Of a DNA stretch of 64,000 nt, positions 25,736 to 34,468 are shown piece by piece (within the stretch, counting starts at the first letter, position 1; every line of letters begins with the position of its first letter). A program made the translations under genes and the position numbers. Source of the stretch: a virus (Duplodnaviria; Caudoviricetes); IMG/VR virus record IMGVR_UViG_3300028886_000002, positions 32,001 to 96,000 of that record, one strand, 5' to 3'. The notes beneath the pieces were generated by a model. The model was not told where the DNA came from. It saw nothing but the letters and a program-made list of their open reading frames with translations, and ran no database searches.

Positions 25736-26252
25736 ATTTTTTATTAAATTTTTTACTTAAGTCAATATTAGATTTTAAGCATATATTTTCAGTAGGAGAT
25801 ACTTGAATTATAAGAGTGTCACACAATTTAATACTACGTTTTTTAGTATTTGCTTGAAGACATTTTCTAAGAGAGTAAGACTTAAGAATCCAAGTTAATA
25901 TTGTTTTCCAATAAATATTAGATTCATCACTCACACATTTTTCCATATGATGCTGTGGTGTCCAACCCATAAAACATCCTATTCTAGCCAATTCAATTTT
26001 TATTTCCCACCTATTAAACAATACTATGTCTATTATAGGATTATGCTTAAAATAAATTCTTTTTGCAGTCTGCTTATATTTAACATCTGATATAAAAATA
26101 TTCAATATTTTACAGTTAGGTATAAAAGGCTTATTCCTTTTCTTACCAATATAGAACTTTATATTAGGTTTTATAAAAAACTTCCTAACTTTCCAGTATG
26201 TTTTTAAGCAATTTTCTATATGTATTATAAAATATTTATTGTTTACTCCCAT
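25734..26252 (-). CDS. Hypothetical protein
   Basis: 172-aa ORF in operon orientation. Confidence 0.65.
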   Translation of the reverse strand: MGVNNKYFIIHIENCLKTYWKVRKFFIKPNIKFYIGKKRNKPFIPNCKILNIFISDVKYKQTAKRIYFKHNPIIDIVLFNRWEIKIELARIGCFMGWTPQHHMEKCVSDESNIYWKTILTWILKSYSLRKCLQANTKKRSIKLCDTLIIQVSPTENICLKSNIDLSKKFNKK

Positions 26253-26434
26253 ACTCCAGTCTTAATAGAAAGACCTTTGCTTTGTATTAATTTGGTAGTA
26301 TCAAATAATAATAAATTTCTAATATAAGCTTTAACTTCTCTAGGAGAATTTCTAAGAAAATCTTCTATTTCTCTATTTTTTTCTTCTTTCTTTTTAATTA
26401 TATTATTCTTTCTTATTTTCTTCTACCATTTCAT
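26243..26434 (-). CDS. Putative 63-aa protein with one TAG at codon 4
   Basis: ATG AAA TGG TAG AAG... open to TAA 26243-26245; fills the gap after thyX and overlaps both neighbours. Confidence 0.45.
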
Positions 26435-27281
26435 ATAAACAGTCTTTAATTTCGTTAGCAATAATCTGCATATCTGGATGAGCGCTACTAGCAGTTCTTA
26501 AAGAAAGAAAATGATCCCAATCATCTGAAAATCCAGTTACAATAAGTTCTGTCTTTAATCCAAGTGGTAAGACTTGTCTTGCTTGTTGTGGAGACATTTT
26601 AAGTTCTTGAACCATCCATAAATAATGGTCTTCAGTTTCTTCACAGGCTTTTATATAACACGCTTGTCCTTCAACATTATTATAATACCAATAAGGCTTT
26701 ATAAAAGTAAGTGTATTGCCAAAATTATCATAAGCATAATTGCAATATCTAGTGCTTTCTTGGCAAAAACTTAACTTTCTGTGCCTAACTATTTCATTTC
26801 CAACTGCTCTATCACATACAATTTTAAAGGAATATCGTTTAACATGATTAGGCTCTGGAATAGATAAATATTTAATATCATCCATTCTATCATTCTCTAA
26901 CAATACTCTATAATTTGTAGTAATATAATATAAAGAACTACAAGGCACATCATTGATATAATTTATATTCTTTACTATTCTAGAGTATTTATTGTGTTTA
27001 TAAAATGATATTATTTTATACTTATTATTATAATCAGGGTCTTTTGAAGCCTCTCTAGCAATCCAAGGTAATTCTATTTTTAAATATATAGTGCCATGTT
27101 CTAATGGGGAATAGTGTCCTCTTCTAACAAGCATATCTACAAAGTCTATGTGGGAATCAGTTGTTATTTTATGTTCTGATTTATAGCATATTCTTCCTGC
27201 TTTTTCAATCATTCTTGTGACATCATCAAAATCTTTATAGTCACATTTTAGCATCTCCACACTTGGATCAATTAGTCGCAT
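26403..27281 (-). CDS. thyX: Flavin-dependent thymidylate synthase
   Basis: RHRKLSFCQESTRY signature, GHYSPLEH, ARQVLP, LRTASSAHPDM. Confidence 0.95.
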   Translation of the reverse strand: MRLIDPSVEMLKCDYKDFDDVTRMIEKAGRICYKSEHKITTDSHIDFVDMLVRRGHYSPLEHGTIYLKIELPWIAREASKDPDYNNKYKIISFYKHNKYSRIVKNINYINDVPCSSLYYITTNYRVLLENDRMDDIKYLSIPEPNHVKRYSFKIVCDRAVGNEIVRHRKLSFCQESTRYCNYAYDNFGNTLTFIKPYWYYNNVEGQACYIKACEETEDHYLWMVQELKMSPQQARQVLPLGLKTELIVTGFSDDWDHFLSLRTASSAHPDMQIIANEIKDCLYEMVEENKKE

Positions 27282-27628
27282 AAGATATTATTTTTGATAT
27301 ATTGATTCATTTCATCATACTTTCTGTTAAATTCTTCATTGCTAATAAGATTAGCTTTTATAACAAGAAGTATATTCTTATCTATCTTAGTAGTAATTGT
27401 CTTATGTCCTATTTGTAGGCCTATATAAGTTATATATATTTCATCGTCTCCACGATATTTAATATTAGTAACTTTTATGATCTTAGTGCGGATACCATCA
27501 ACATAAAAACATTTACCTTCTAGATATTTATATTTTTCTAATTCAAGCTCTCGAATCGCCTCATTAATATTTTCGAGACGATTCTCAAGCTCAAACTTTT
27601 CTACCATTAATTCTCCTAGTTTGCTCAT
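27272..27628 (-). CDS. Hypothetical protein
   Basis: 118-aa coupled ORF. Confidence 0.65.
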   Translation of the reverse strand: MSKLGELMVEKFELENRLENINEAIRELELEKYKYLEGKCFYVDGIRTKIIKVTNIKYRGDDEIYITYIGLQIGHKTITTKIDKNILLVIKANLISNEEFNRKYDEMNQYIKNNILCD

Positions 27629-27786
27629 AGTTCTTTTTCAATTCTTACGAATGTAATACTATAAACCCCAGGAAATTGTGCTTTAAGTTTCTTTAAAGCA
27701 CTTTCCTTATTATAAGCATCAATGAATACTTTGTCTAATTCTTTATCACCAGCGTTATATTGAATGTTATATATATATCTTTTCAT
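27625..27786 (-). CDS. Small hypothetical protein (53 aa)
   Basis: MKRYIYNIQY...IEKEL*; TGA overlaps the next ATG. Below the track length cutoff. Confidence 0.55.
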   Translation of the reverse strand: MKRYIYNIQYNAGDKELDKVFIDAYNKESALKKLKAQFPGVYSITFVRIEKEL

Positions 27787-27820
27787 TTAATATGATTTAA
27801 ATGTTAAACAATGGATTTAA

Positions 27821-28465
27821 TTACTTCTTAATAACTTTATTGATTTTCTTTGTGCCATTGTCATATTCTATAGTAACAATGTTTACACCGTCAAATGGTT
27901 CAGAACTTTGAACGCCTTGCATATTATAATATTGGACTTTCTTTACAGAAGATTCAACATTTGTAATGCCAGTTGGAGGGGTATATGGAGTATAATTAAT
28001 TGTAATACTCTTAATTCTTACTTGAACATTTGTTGTATTATTGTTTCCAATTGTAAATGCAGAAGCATTAATTGCATATTCACCTTCGTCATTTGGTTCA
28101 ACTATATTACCATTTACTTCAACATACACATTTGAATAATTAGCGCTACTAAACTCAAATGTAATATTATTAATAGTTGCATTGTTCAATGATGCAACAT
28201 CAATGGTACTTACACCATTTTCATTCCAGTATAATCTTACTTCTCCAGCTTTATTTAGTCCAGGATAAAGATCATTACCTGCTAAATTACCAATTACTGA
28301 CCATTCAGTGGCATCAAGTCCAACAATAGCGGCGTCATTCTCACCTGTCATATTTGTTGTTGTGGTTCCTGTGTATGCCAAAACTACAGTTTCAGCATTT
28401 GCATACAATGACATACTCACAAAGAGTAATAATAAAAGAGATAATAATTTTTTCATAAAATACAT
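27821..28465 (-). CDS. Secreted beta-rich protein with Bacteroidota T9SS-like C-terminal sorting domain
   Basis: Signal peptide MKKLLSLLLLLFVSMSLYA; C-terminus PTGITNV...YYNMQG...P..GVNIV...TKKINKVIKK. Confidence 0.75.
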   Translation of the reverse strand: MYFMKKLLSLLLLLFVSMSLYANAETVVLAYTGTTTTNMTGENDAAIVGLDATEWSVIGNLAGNDLYPGLNKAGEVRLYWNENGVSTIDVASLNNATINNITFEFSSANYSNVYVEVNGNIVEPNDEGEYAINASAFTIGNNNTTNVQVRIKSITINYTPYTPPTGITNVESSVKKVQYYNMQGVQSSEPFDGVNIVTIEYDNGTKKINKVIKK

Positions 28466-28473
28466 TTTTTCAT

Positions 28474-28508
28474 AAAAAAGAGAGATACTATTTATATAAT
28501 ATCTCTCT
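28474..28508 (-). terminator. Rho-independent terminator after ompA-like gene
   Basis: agagagata/tatctctct stem followed by a U-tract on the - strand. Confidence 0.65.
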
Positions 28509-28529
28509 AATTAATATAATCGATCTAAT

Positions 28530-29624
28530 TTATTTTACAATTACTATAGCAACACGAGCACCAAGTTCTGTTCCAATACCGTGAGCATCTTCAACACGAA
28601 TTCCACGATTCTTAAGATAGTTCTTTACAACCTGTGCACGCTCATTTGCAAGATTTGCATTGAAATTAGCATTGCCATCGGGCGATGCAGAACCAACTAC
28701 ACGAACAACTGAATTTTCAGCAATCTCATTAAGAGTCTCCTTGGCATTAGAAGTAAGCTCAGCTGAAGCATGGTCAAAGAATACTACAAATTGATTATTT
28801 TCGTTTACTGTTTTAGTAACAACCTTTTCAACAGTTTCGACCTTTGTCACAACCTCTGGTTTACGATTGCGAAGCTCATTGATTTGATCATTAAGGCGGT
28901 CAACCTCAGCTTGTGTATACTTATAAGGACAGAGTGTAAAGTTGTGTGTTCCATTACTATTCTTAAACTTATAAGTTAAACCTGCTTCAAGACCTACCCA
29001 AGCATTACGGGAATCAAATGCTGGCTGATTAACATGATAATAGCCGTTAGCACCTGTAAAATTATAAGCAATATAAGGAGCAACATTAATTTGCAACCTA
29101 TCAGTAATATTTACATTTACTTCTGCTCCTAACTTAGTAATAATGTCATTAGTATGTGCAGTAGTGCCAAAGTAGTAATATTCAGCATCTTGAGCATAGA
29201 TAAAGCCATGATTCCAACCAATACCTGCCACTGCTACAACTTCTACAGGACGAGGTTGTCCTTTATAACCAGCAAACAAGTTATTCAAATTAACTTTGCC
29301 ATTTGCCATAACATTTACATAGTTAAGCCAATTGCGACCTTGAAAATCACCTGGCTGAGAACCATTCTCCCAACCGATTGTACTTGAAATACCTACTCCA
29401 AATACAGGAGTGATGTATTTAGTCAAGTCAAGACTAGTACTTGCTTGGATGGTATGCCCAAAATCTTTATAATTGTTACAACCTGGATGTAAAATAGCTG
29501 TAACACCGCCTCTCACGCCGATTTGCCAATTGTCTGTAAATTTAGAATGCTCTACTGTTTGTGCGCTCATACTGAGCATAGTAGCTAGAGCAGCTACTGC
29601 CATTAAAATAAATTTCTTCATCAT
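28530..29624 (-). CDS. OmpA-family outer membrane protein (beta-barrel + peptidoglycan-binding domain)
   Basis: Signal peptide; barrel ending GLTYKF; coiled linker; VFFDHASAEL...VVGSASPDG...NANLANERAQVVKNYL. Confidence 0.9.
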   Translation of the reverse strand: MMKKFILMAVAALATMLSMSAQTVEHSKFTDNWQIGVRGGVTAILHPGCNNYKDFGHTIQASTSLDLTKYITPVFGVGISSTIGWENGSQPGDFQGRNWLNYVNVMANGKVNLNNLFAGYKGQPRPVEVVAVAGIGWNHGFIYAQDAEYYYFGTTAHTNDIITKLGAEVNVNITDRLQINVAPYIAYNFTGANGYYHVNQPAFDSRNAWVGLEAGLTYKFKNSNGTHNFTLCPYKYTQAEVDRLNDQINELRNRKPEVVTKVETVEKVVTKTVNENNQFVVFFDHASAELTSNAKETLNEIAENSVVRVVGSASPDGNANFNANLANERAQVVKNYLKNRGIRVEDAHGIGTELGARVAIVIVK

Positions 29625-29652
29625 AAAATCATTAGTTCAATAAAAAAGTATC

Positions 29653-29904
29653 TTAATCTTTTGATATATATTTTAGTATTTCATCAGGATGAGTGAGGCC
29701 GTGCCATTCTTTTATTACCTCATTGTTATCATCAATTAATACTAAAGTTGGTAGAGATTTAACCTTATACTCTTCACATAAAGATTCATTCTCTTCATTT
29801 TCAACATTTACTGGTTCAACTTCTACCACATCAAAAGACTGTAATAATTCTCCTTGCATTTTACAAGGAGAACACCAATCTGCATAAAAATCAAGTAGTT
29901 TCAC
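29653..29904 (-). CDS. Thioredoxin
   Basis: DFYADWCSPCK and VKSLPT cis-Pro motif. Confidence 0.92.
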   Translation of the reverse strand: MKLLDFYADWCSPCKMQGELLQSFDVVEVEPVNVENEENESLCEEYKVKSLPTLVLIDDNNEVIKEWHGLTHPDEILKYISKD

Positions 29905-30148
29905 TTTTAATTAACTCTATTTCTTTATTAATATACCATATGGCTTTTTCGAGATCTTCTATATGAGTATCCTTTTTATTACCTTTGAGTCCAGCACGCC
30001 ATAGATATTTAATAGCATTACCTATACAAAAATCTCTGTGTTTAATAATATCTATACATTCCACTCCAGAAGGATCTGAGCAATAATGAAGTGGATGGTC
30101 CACATTACTTGTGGAAGCTATATAAGGTTTTTTATTATCTTTTATCAT
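29891..30148 (-). CDS. DUF3310 / T7 gp1.7-like nucleotide kinase domain protein
   Basis: VDHPLHY...GVECID...GNAIKYLWRAGLK...EDLEKAIWY. Confidence 0.88.
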   Translation of the reverse strand: MIKDNKKPYIASTSNVDHPLHYCSDPSGVECIDIIKHRDFCIGNAIKYLWRAGLKGNKKDTHIEDLEKAIWYINKEIELIKSETT

Positions 30149-30374
30149 AACTATAATAATCGAATAAATAAGAAGGAATTTTATTCATAAAGGATAGCCA
30201 ACCTCTATCATGTGATTCTAAATTATAATATTTATTTTTTATCTCTCTAATTCTAAATCTGGTAGTAGTGCTATGAGTCTGACGGCCCCTTTCTTTATAA
30301 AAGAAAAGCTTTCCTTCTCTATTTTTTTCACTCTGCAAAGTTATCACTTTTATTTCAGATTTCATATAACACAC
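30135..30374 (-). CDS. Hypothetical protein
   Basis: 79-aa ORF between coupled genes. Confidence 0.5.
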   Translation of the reverse strand: MCYMKSEIKVITLQSEKNREGKLFFYKERGRQTHSTTTRFRIREIKNKYYNLESHDRGWLSFMNKIPSYLFDYYSYDKR

Positions 30375-30386
30375 AGTTAATTTTTC

Positions 30387-32432
30387 TTAATGAACCCAAT
30401 GGTCGGATACTTCAGCTTCTGCAGGTATAGGTAAAGATTTACAGTATTTGGCTGCGGATTCTTCCATTTTCTGTTGTACTATATTAGGAAATTCTTTTAC
30501 TTCTTTCGGAAATTCCCAGCATGTTTCATCATGGACTAGAGCACAACATAGGATTTTGCCAAAATACTTATTTTCAACAATCCAATTAAAAATATCAGTA
30601 ACAGCTTCCTTGGTCATTGCCGCCGATGTGCCTTGTGGAGGGGCATTTCGAGCAAGTCGATCCCATTTACTGGCAGCTCTAAAATGACTAGAAACCATTA
30701 AAGCTACTTCATCTCCAGTACCCTTATGGAATTGTCTATATTCTTCCCAAAATTCTGGAGTAAAAGATTGCTGCCTAGCTAACCACACATCATGGTCCCA
30801 CCAATACATCTTATGACCAGTCAATGGACATATTAAAATATAACCATTCTTCCTTACAAAGGCAGCTCCTCTTTTTGCAAATTCTACTGTACCTTTAAAG
30901 CCTTCCTCATAATTTTTTACTATAGTTAAAGCTTCCTCTTCGCTACATTTAAGTTGCTGCATTATAGTAGTATATCCACCACCGTATGCTAGTGCAAACT
31001 CGGGCCCCTTGGCTAGAGTTCTTAAATCTGGTCTTAATCTTTTAACATCATGTACATCAATATCTTTTAGTTCATCCTTAAAAAATATCTTAGCATACAT
31101 ACTATGACCATCAATCCCTTCTCTGTACATTTTTAGAATAGCCTTATCTTGATATATGTCACCTTGAACACGCCCTTCTTGAGCTGCGTAGTCACAGCTA
31201 ACAAATAAATTACCTTCTTTCGCAGTAAAACAAGCTCTAGTTGTAGCATCATGTGGTAGCTGCTGAAGATTTGGGTAAGTACAATCTTTAGGACTTAAAT
31301 TTTTATACTTGGCTAAATCATAATTAGACTGCTTACTTCCACAAGACATTCTACCAGATCTGGCTCCAAGTTGTTTATAATTAGTATGTATTCTATCGGT
31401 TTTTGGGTTAATAGCATTAAGATGGCCTTGACCAAAAGATGTAATTACTTTAAATGCTTCCTGAAAATCAAAATATAATTTCAGGAATTCATCATTTATT
31501 CCTTTTTGACTATTAAGATGCTTTTCAAGTACACTATCCTTATCTTCTCCAGTCTTTTTATCCTTTACTTCAGTATTAAATCCTAAATCTTTGGCTATTT
31601 TAACCACTTGTTGACTACTAGCCCAGTTAACTGTGCATATAGGAGTAGTATCAAATCCATCAAATAGACTACCTTGTAGATTTACTCTAGTATATTTAGA
31701 TAAAGCAGGATTATTGACAACAAAATCATCAAGAGCCTTTTTATTAGCTTCATACTTGATTCTATCATTCTTCATCTTTTCTTTCCATTTATCTGCATCC
31801 AAATGTATTCCACACCATTCGAGATAAGCTATAGCTGGAATAAAGTTACATTCTACTTGAACTGCTTTCTTAAGACCTTGTTTCTTTACATCCTTTAATT
31901 GTGAATTAGCTATATCGCCTAAATATGTAACATCTCCTGCTGCATATTTAATAACTTCTTCATCCAGTCCTCTCCATATAATCTCACCTCTAACTGTTTT
32001 ATCAATATCAATATTAAGCCTTCTAGCTGCTATTGAACGTAAAGAATAAGATATTACACTGCTAGGATATCCTAAATGTAATAGTTGCTCTACAATCATA
32101 GTATCATACACATTTCTAGGTATAATTCCATAGTTATATAAGAACTGTAAATCAAATTTTATATTTTGACCTACTAGTTTATTGTTTTCTAAAATATCCT
32201 TATATAGCAAAGGCGAAATCGTAGTAGTATCAACAACTATTTGATTTTCTCCTTTAATGTCTCCAAATTGCATACAAAGCAATTTACAGAGATGTGGATC
32301 ACGACCTTCGGTTTCAGAATCATACTGAATGATACTCCAGGACTCCATCATTTTAATGGAGTCCTCTGGAGTTATCATCGTGTACACGTCTGAGTTGAAT
32401 AATTCTTTTTGTGTACTTACAAAATATATCAT
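30387..32432 (-). CDS. polA: Family A DNA polymerase with 3'-5' exonuclease
   Basis: Exo motifs YDSET, NIKFD, YAAGD; polymerase motifs DYAAQEGR, RTLAKGPEFALAYG, VHDE. Confidence 0.95.
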   Translation of the reverse strand: MIYFVSTQKELFNSDVYTMITPEDSIKMMESWSIIQYDSETEGRDPHLCKLLCMQFGDIKGENQIVVDTTTISPLLYKDILENNKLVGQNIKFDLQFLYNYGIIPRNVYDTMIVEQLLHLGYPSSVISYSLRSIAARRLNIDIDKTVRGEIIWRGLDEEVIKYAAGDVTYLGDIANSQLKDVKKQGLKKAVQVECNFIPAIAYLEWCGIHLDADKWKEKMKNDRIKYEANKKALDDFVVNNPALSKYTRVNLQGSLFDGFDTTPICTVNWASSQQVVKIAKDLGFNTEVKDKKTGEDKDSVLEKHLNSQKGINDEFLKLYFDFQEAFKVITSFGQGHLNAINPKTDRIHTNYKQLGARSGRMSCGSKQSNYDLAKYKNLSPKDCTYPNLQQLPHDATTRACFTAKEGNLFVSCDYAAQEGRVQGDIYQDKAILKMYREGIDGHSMYAKIFFKDELKDIDVHDVKRLRPDLRTLAKGPEFALAYGGGYTTIMQQLKCSEEEALTIVKNYEEGFKGTVEFAKRGAAFVRKNGYILICPLTGHKMYWWDHDVWLARQQSFTPEFWEEYRQFHKGTGDEVALMVSSHFRAASKWDRLARNAPPQGTSAAMTKEAVTDIFNWIVENKYFGKILCCALVHDETCWEFPKEVKEFPNIVQQKMEESAAKYCKSLPIPAEAEVSDHWVH

Positions 32433-32728
32433 AATTGATATTGCTTCACATATTCGTATAAAGAATCTAAGTCATAGCAAATTCTATTACCTTCTGCATC
32501 AGTTGCTATATGGTCTTTACCCTCAAATAAGTACCACATTATCCAATCAATTCCATATTCATTAAAGTGACTAGCTATTAAAGTTTCAAATATTACAAAA
32601 CTCTCCTTATATAAAGGGGATTCTCCTATTTCTATATGATGATCATCCCATAATTTATGTCCTTCGTCCAATAATACTTCTACACTTTTAACAGCTTTGA
32701 TAAATAATTCTTTAGTTATCATATTCAA
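32429..32728 (-). CDS. Hypothetical protein
   Basis: 99-aa coupled ORF (DWIMWYLFE). Confidence 0.7.
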   Translation of the reverse strand: MNMITKELFIKAVKSVEVLLDEGHKLWDDHHIEIGESPLYKESFVIFETLIASHFNEYGIDWIMWYLFEGKDHIATDAEGNRICYDLDSLYEYVKQYQL

Positions 32729-32942
32729 TAATTTCTACATTAAAATTGTCGGATTCTACTTTTGTAAGTATATAATCACTTATAACTTCTTCTACTCCTT
32801 TTATGATTTCCTCTGTTGTAGGACTATCTTCTACAGAGAGAAGCATATCCATAAACAAAGGATCTTTCTTTAAGTTAGCAATATCAACTAAAAATTCACC
32901 AGTAATTTTTGCAACAGTTTTCATATTAATACCAAGTTTCAA
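32712..32942 (-). CDS. Hypothetical protein
   Basis: 76-aa coupled ORF. Confidence 0.6.
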   Translation of the reverse strand: MKLGINMKTVAKITGEFLVDIANLKKDPLFMDMLLSVEDSPTTEEIIKGVEEVISDYILTKVESDNFNVEIIEYDN

Positions 32943-33306
32943 ATGTTATATATTCTGTATCTTTTAAATTATCAAATGCGGGGATAATATCCTCTTGTAA
33001 TTTCTTTAACACATGTTCCACATCTTGAATATAATATTTGTCATATGCTGTACTACCAAAGAAGAATCCATCCATAGTCGGTAGTAACTCTTCACAAAGA
33101 ATAATATTATTTAGTACTGCTCTACATCGCTCCTCTAAATCTTCACACATTTCTTTAGTTATTTCTAGGGGAATTTGTTTTTCAACATTAAATCCCCTAT
33201 CACCAAAAAATCTTACTAAGAAATTAACTTTGCGAAAGTATCCTATTTCTTCTGATTCTATGTTCTCGTTTCTATTTCTACGAAAGAAAAATATATCTAA
33301 TCCCAA
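32926..33306 (-). CDS. Conserved phage hypothetical protein
   Basis: MGLDI...EIGYFRKVN...LPTMDGFFFGST.YD pattern, common in phages. Confidence 0.75.
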   Translation of the reverse strand: MGLDIFFFRRNRNENIESEEIGYFRKVNFLVRFFGDRGFNVEKQIPLEITKEMCEDLEERCRAVLNNIILCEELLPTMDGFFFGSTAYDKYYIQDVEHVLKKLQEDIIPAFDNLKDTEYITFETWY

Positions 33307-33326
33307 TTTATTATAATATTTAAATG

Positions 33327-33839
33327 TTATTTACCTGTATGTCCAAATCCTCCATCGCCTCTTTCAGTTTCACTTAATTCAGTAACTTCTACGAGTTCAA
33401 TTTTAGGATAAGGTAATATTATCATTTGACAAATTCTTTCCCCAATTTTATAAGGAGCTAAAGCACTTATAGTATTGGCATAAGCGTTTATCACAGTATT
33501 CTGGTCGTGAGATAATGTAAGATAAGGTGTTATAGGTAACTTATCTCTATTCTTAAATACTACTAATAATTCTCCTCTATAACCAGAGTCAAGAGTACCA
33601 GGAGCATTAGGCATATACACATCAGTCTTAGTGTTACTGCTTCGTGGTCTAAGATCCATATAATAGCCTTCTGGAATTTCAAATGCTAAACCCGTATGAT
33701 AAATATATCTATCATTCTGTAAATCATATTCTACATCTACGGCTGTTATATCCATTCCAGCATCTCCTGGCTTTGCATATGTAGGAATAACTGCATTTTC
33801 ATGCAGTTTCTTGAATTTCACTTGTAATGTCTCTCTCAT
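33327..33839 (-). CDS. dut: Trimeric dUTPase
   Basis: AGMDI, PRSS, GTLDSGYRGE, ERICQM, RGDGGFGHTG. Confidence 0.96.
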   Translation of the reverse strand: MRETLQVKFKKLHENAVIPTYAKPGDAGMDITAVDVEYDLQNDRYIYHTGLAFEIPEGYYMDLRPRSSNTKTDVYMPNAPGTLDSGYRGELLVVFKNRDKLPITPYLTLSHDQNTVINAYANTISALAPYKIGERICQMIILPYPKIELVEVTELSETERGDGGFGHTGK

Positions 33840-34203
33840 TAAATTTAAATTTATATTCAGAGTTTAAAGTATGAAAAATATTATTTTCCCAATCAATAGA
33901 TTGGATTGTAGAAGTATAATAATACATATCTTTGTCTTCCATACAACAAGATATTCCTTCTCCAAATCCTGGGGTAACACCCTTCATTTTTATTACTTTT
34001 ACTGTATCTAGAGGATCATTTGAGATTTTTTCAATTTCAATATCCCCCATTTTAGATTTCTTCACTGCTTCATATATAAATATGGAATCTTTTCCATATT
34101 TCTTTATAAAGTCTTCTTTAGACATCTGTCTTATCTCCATTATCTTCAATATCATTGGGTGATGGAGAGTCAAATATGTCACAGGACGTCTTATCTTTGA
34201 CAT
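33799..34203 (-). CDS. Hypothetical protein (true start may be downstream)
   Basis: ORF overlapping both neighbours. Confidence 0.55.
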   Translation of the reverse strand: MSKIRRPVTYLTLHHPMILKIMEIRQMSKEDFIKKYGKDSIFIYEAVKKSKMGDIEIEKISNDPLDTVKVIKMKGVTPGFGEGISCCMEDKDMYYYTSTIQSIDWENNIFHTLNSEYKFKFNERDITSEIQETA

Positions 34204-34468
34204 AATTTACTATATTATTAATATTACATTCATTTACTTCGGAATAAAATCCTTTTATTCCTTTTTTATTTTCGTAAACAGCTACAAATGGAATCAATCT
34301 TGCTCCAAATGAGCTTTTTATTTGACGAGCTTTTCTTTTATCACTAAATATATTCTCATCATAAAATTCAAAACTAATAGGAAACCCTTCCAGCTCTTTA
34401 GTTAAGCTAGAAGGGTTTAACTCATTAGTTAGTAAACTATTATAAACCAATTTTATTGTCATAAGCAT
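34118..34468 (-). CDS. Hypothetical protein, possibly thioredoxin-like fold
   Basis: FGARLIPFVAVY resembles a cis-Pro loop; follows the RNR gene. Confidence 0.55.
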   Translation of the reverse strand: MLMTIKLVYNSLLTNELNPSSLTKELEGFPISFEFYDENIFSDKRKARQIKSSFGARLIPFVAVYENKKGIKGFYSEVNECNINNIVNYVKDKTSCDIFDSPSPNDIEDNGDKTDV

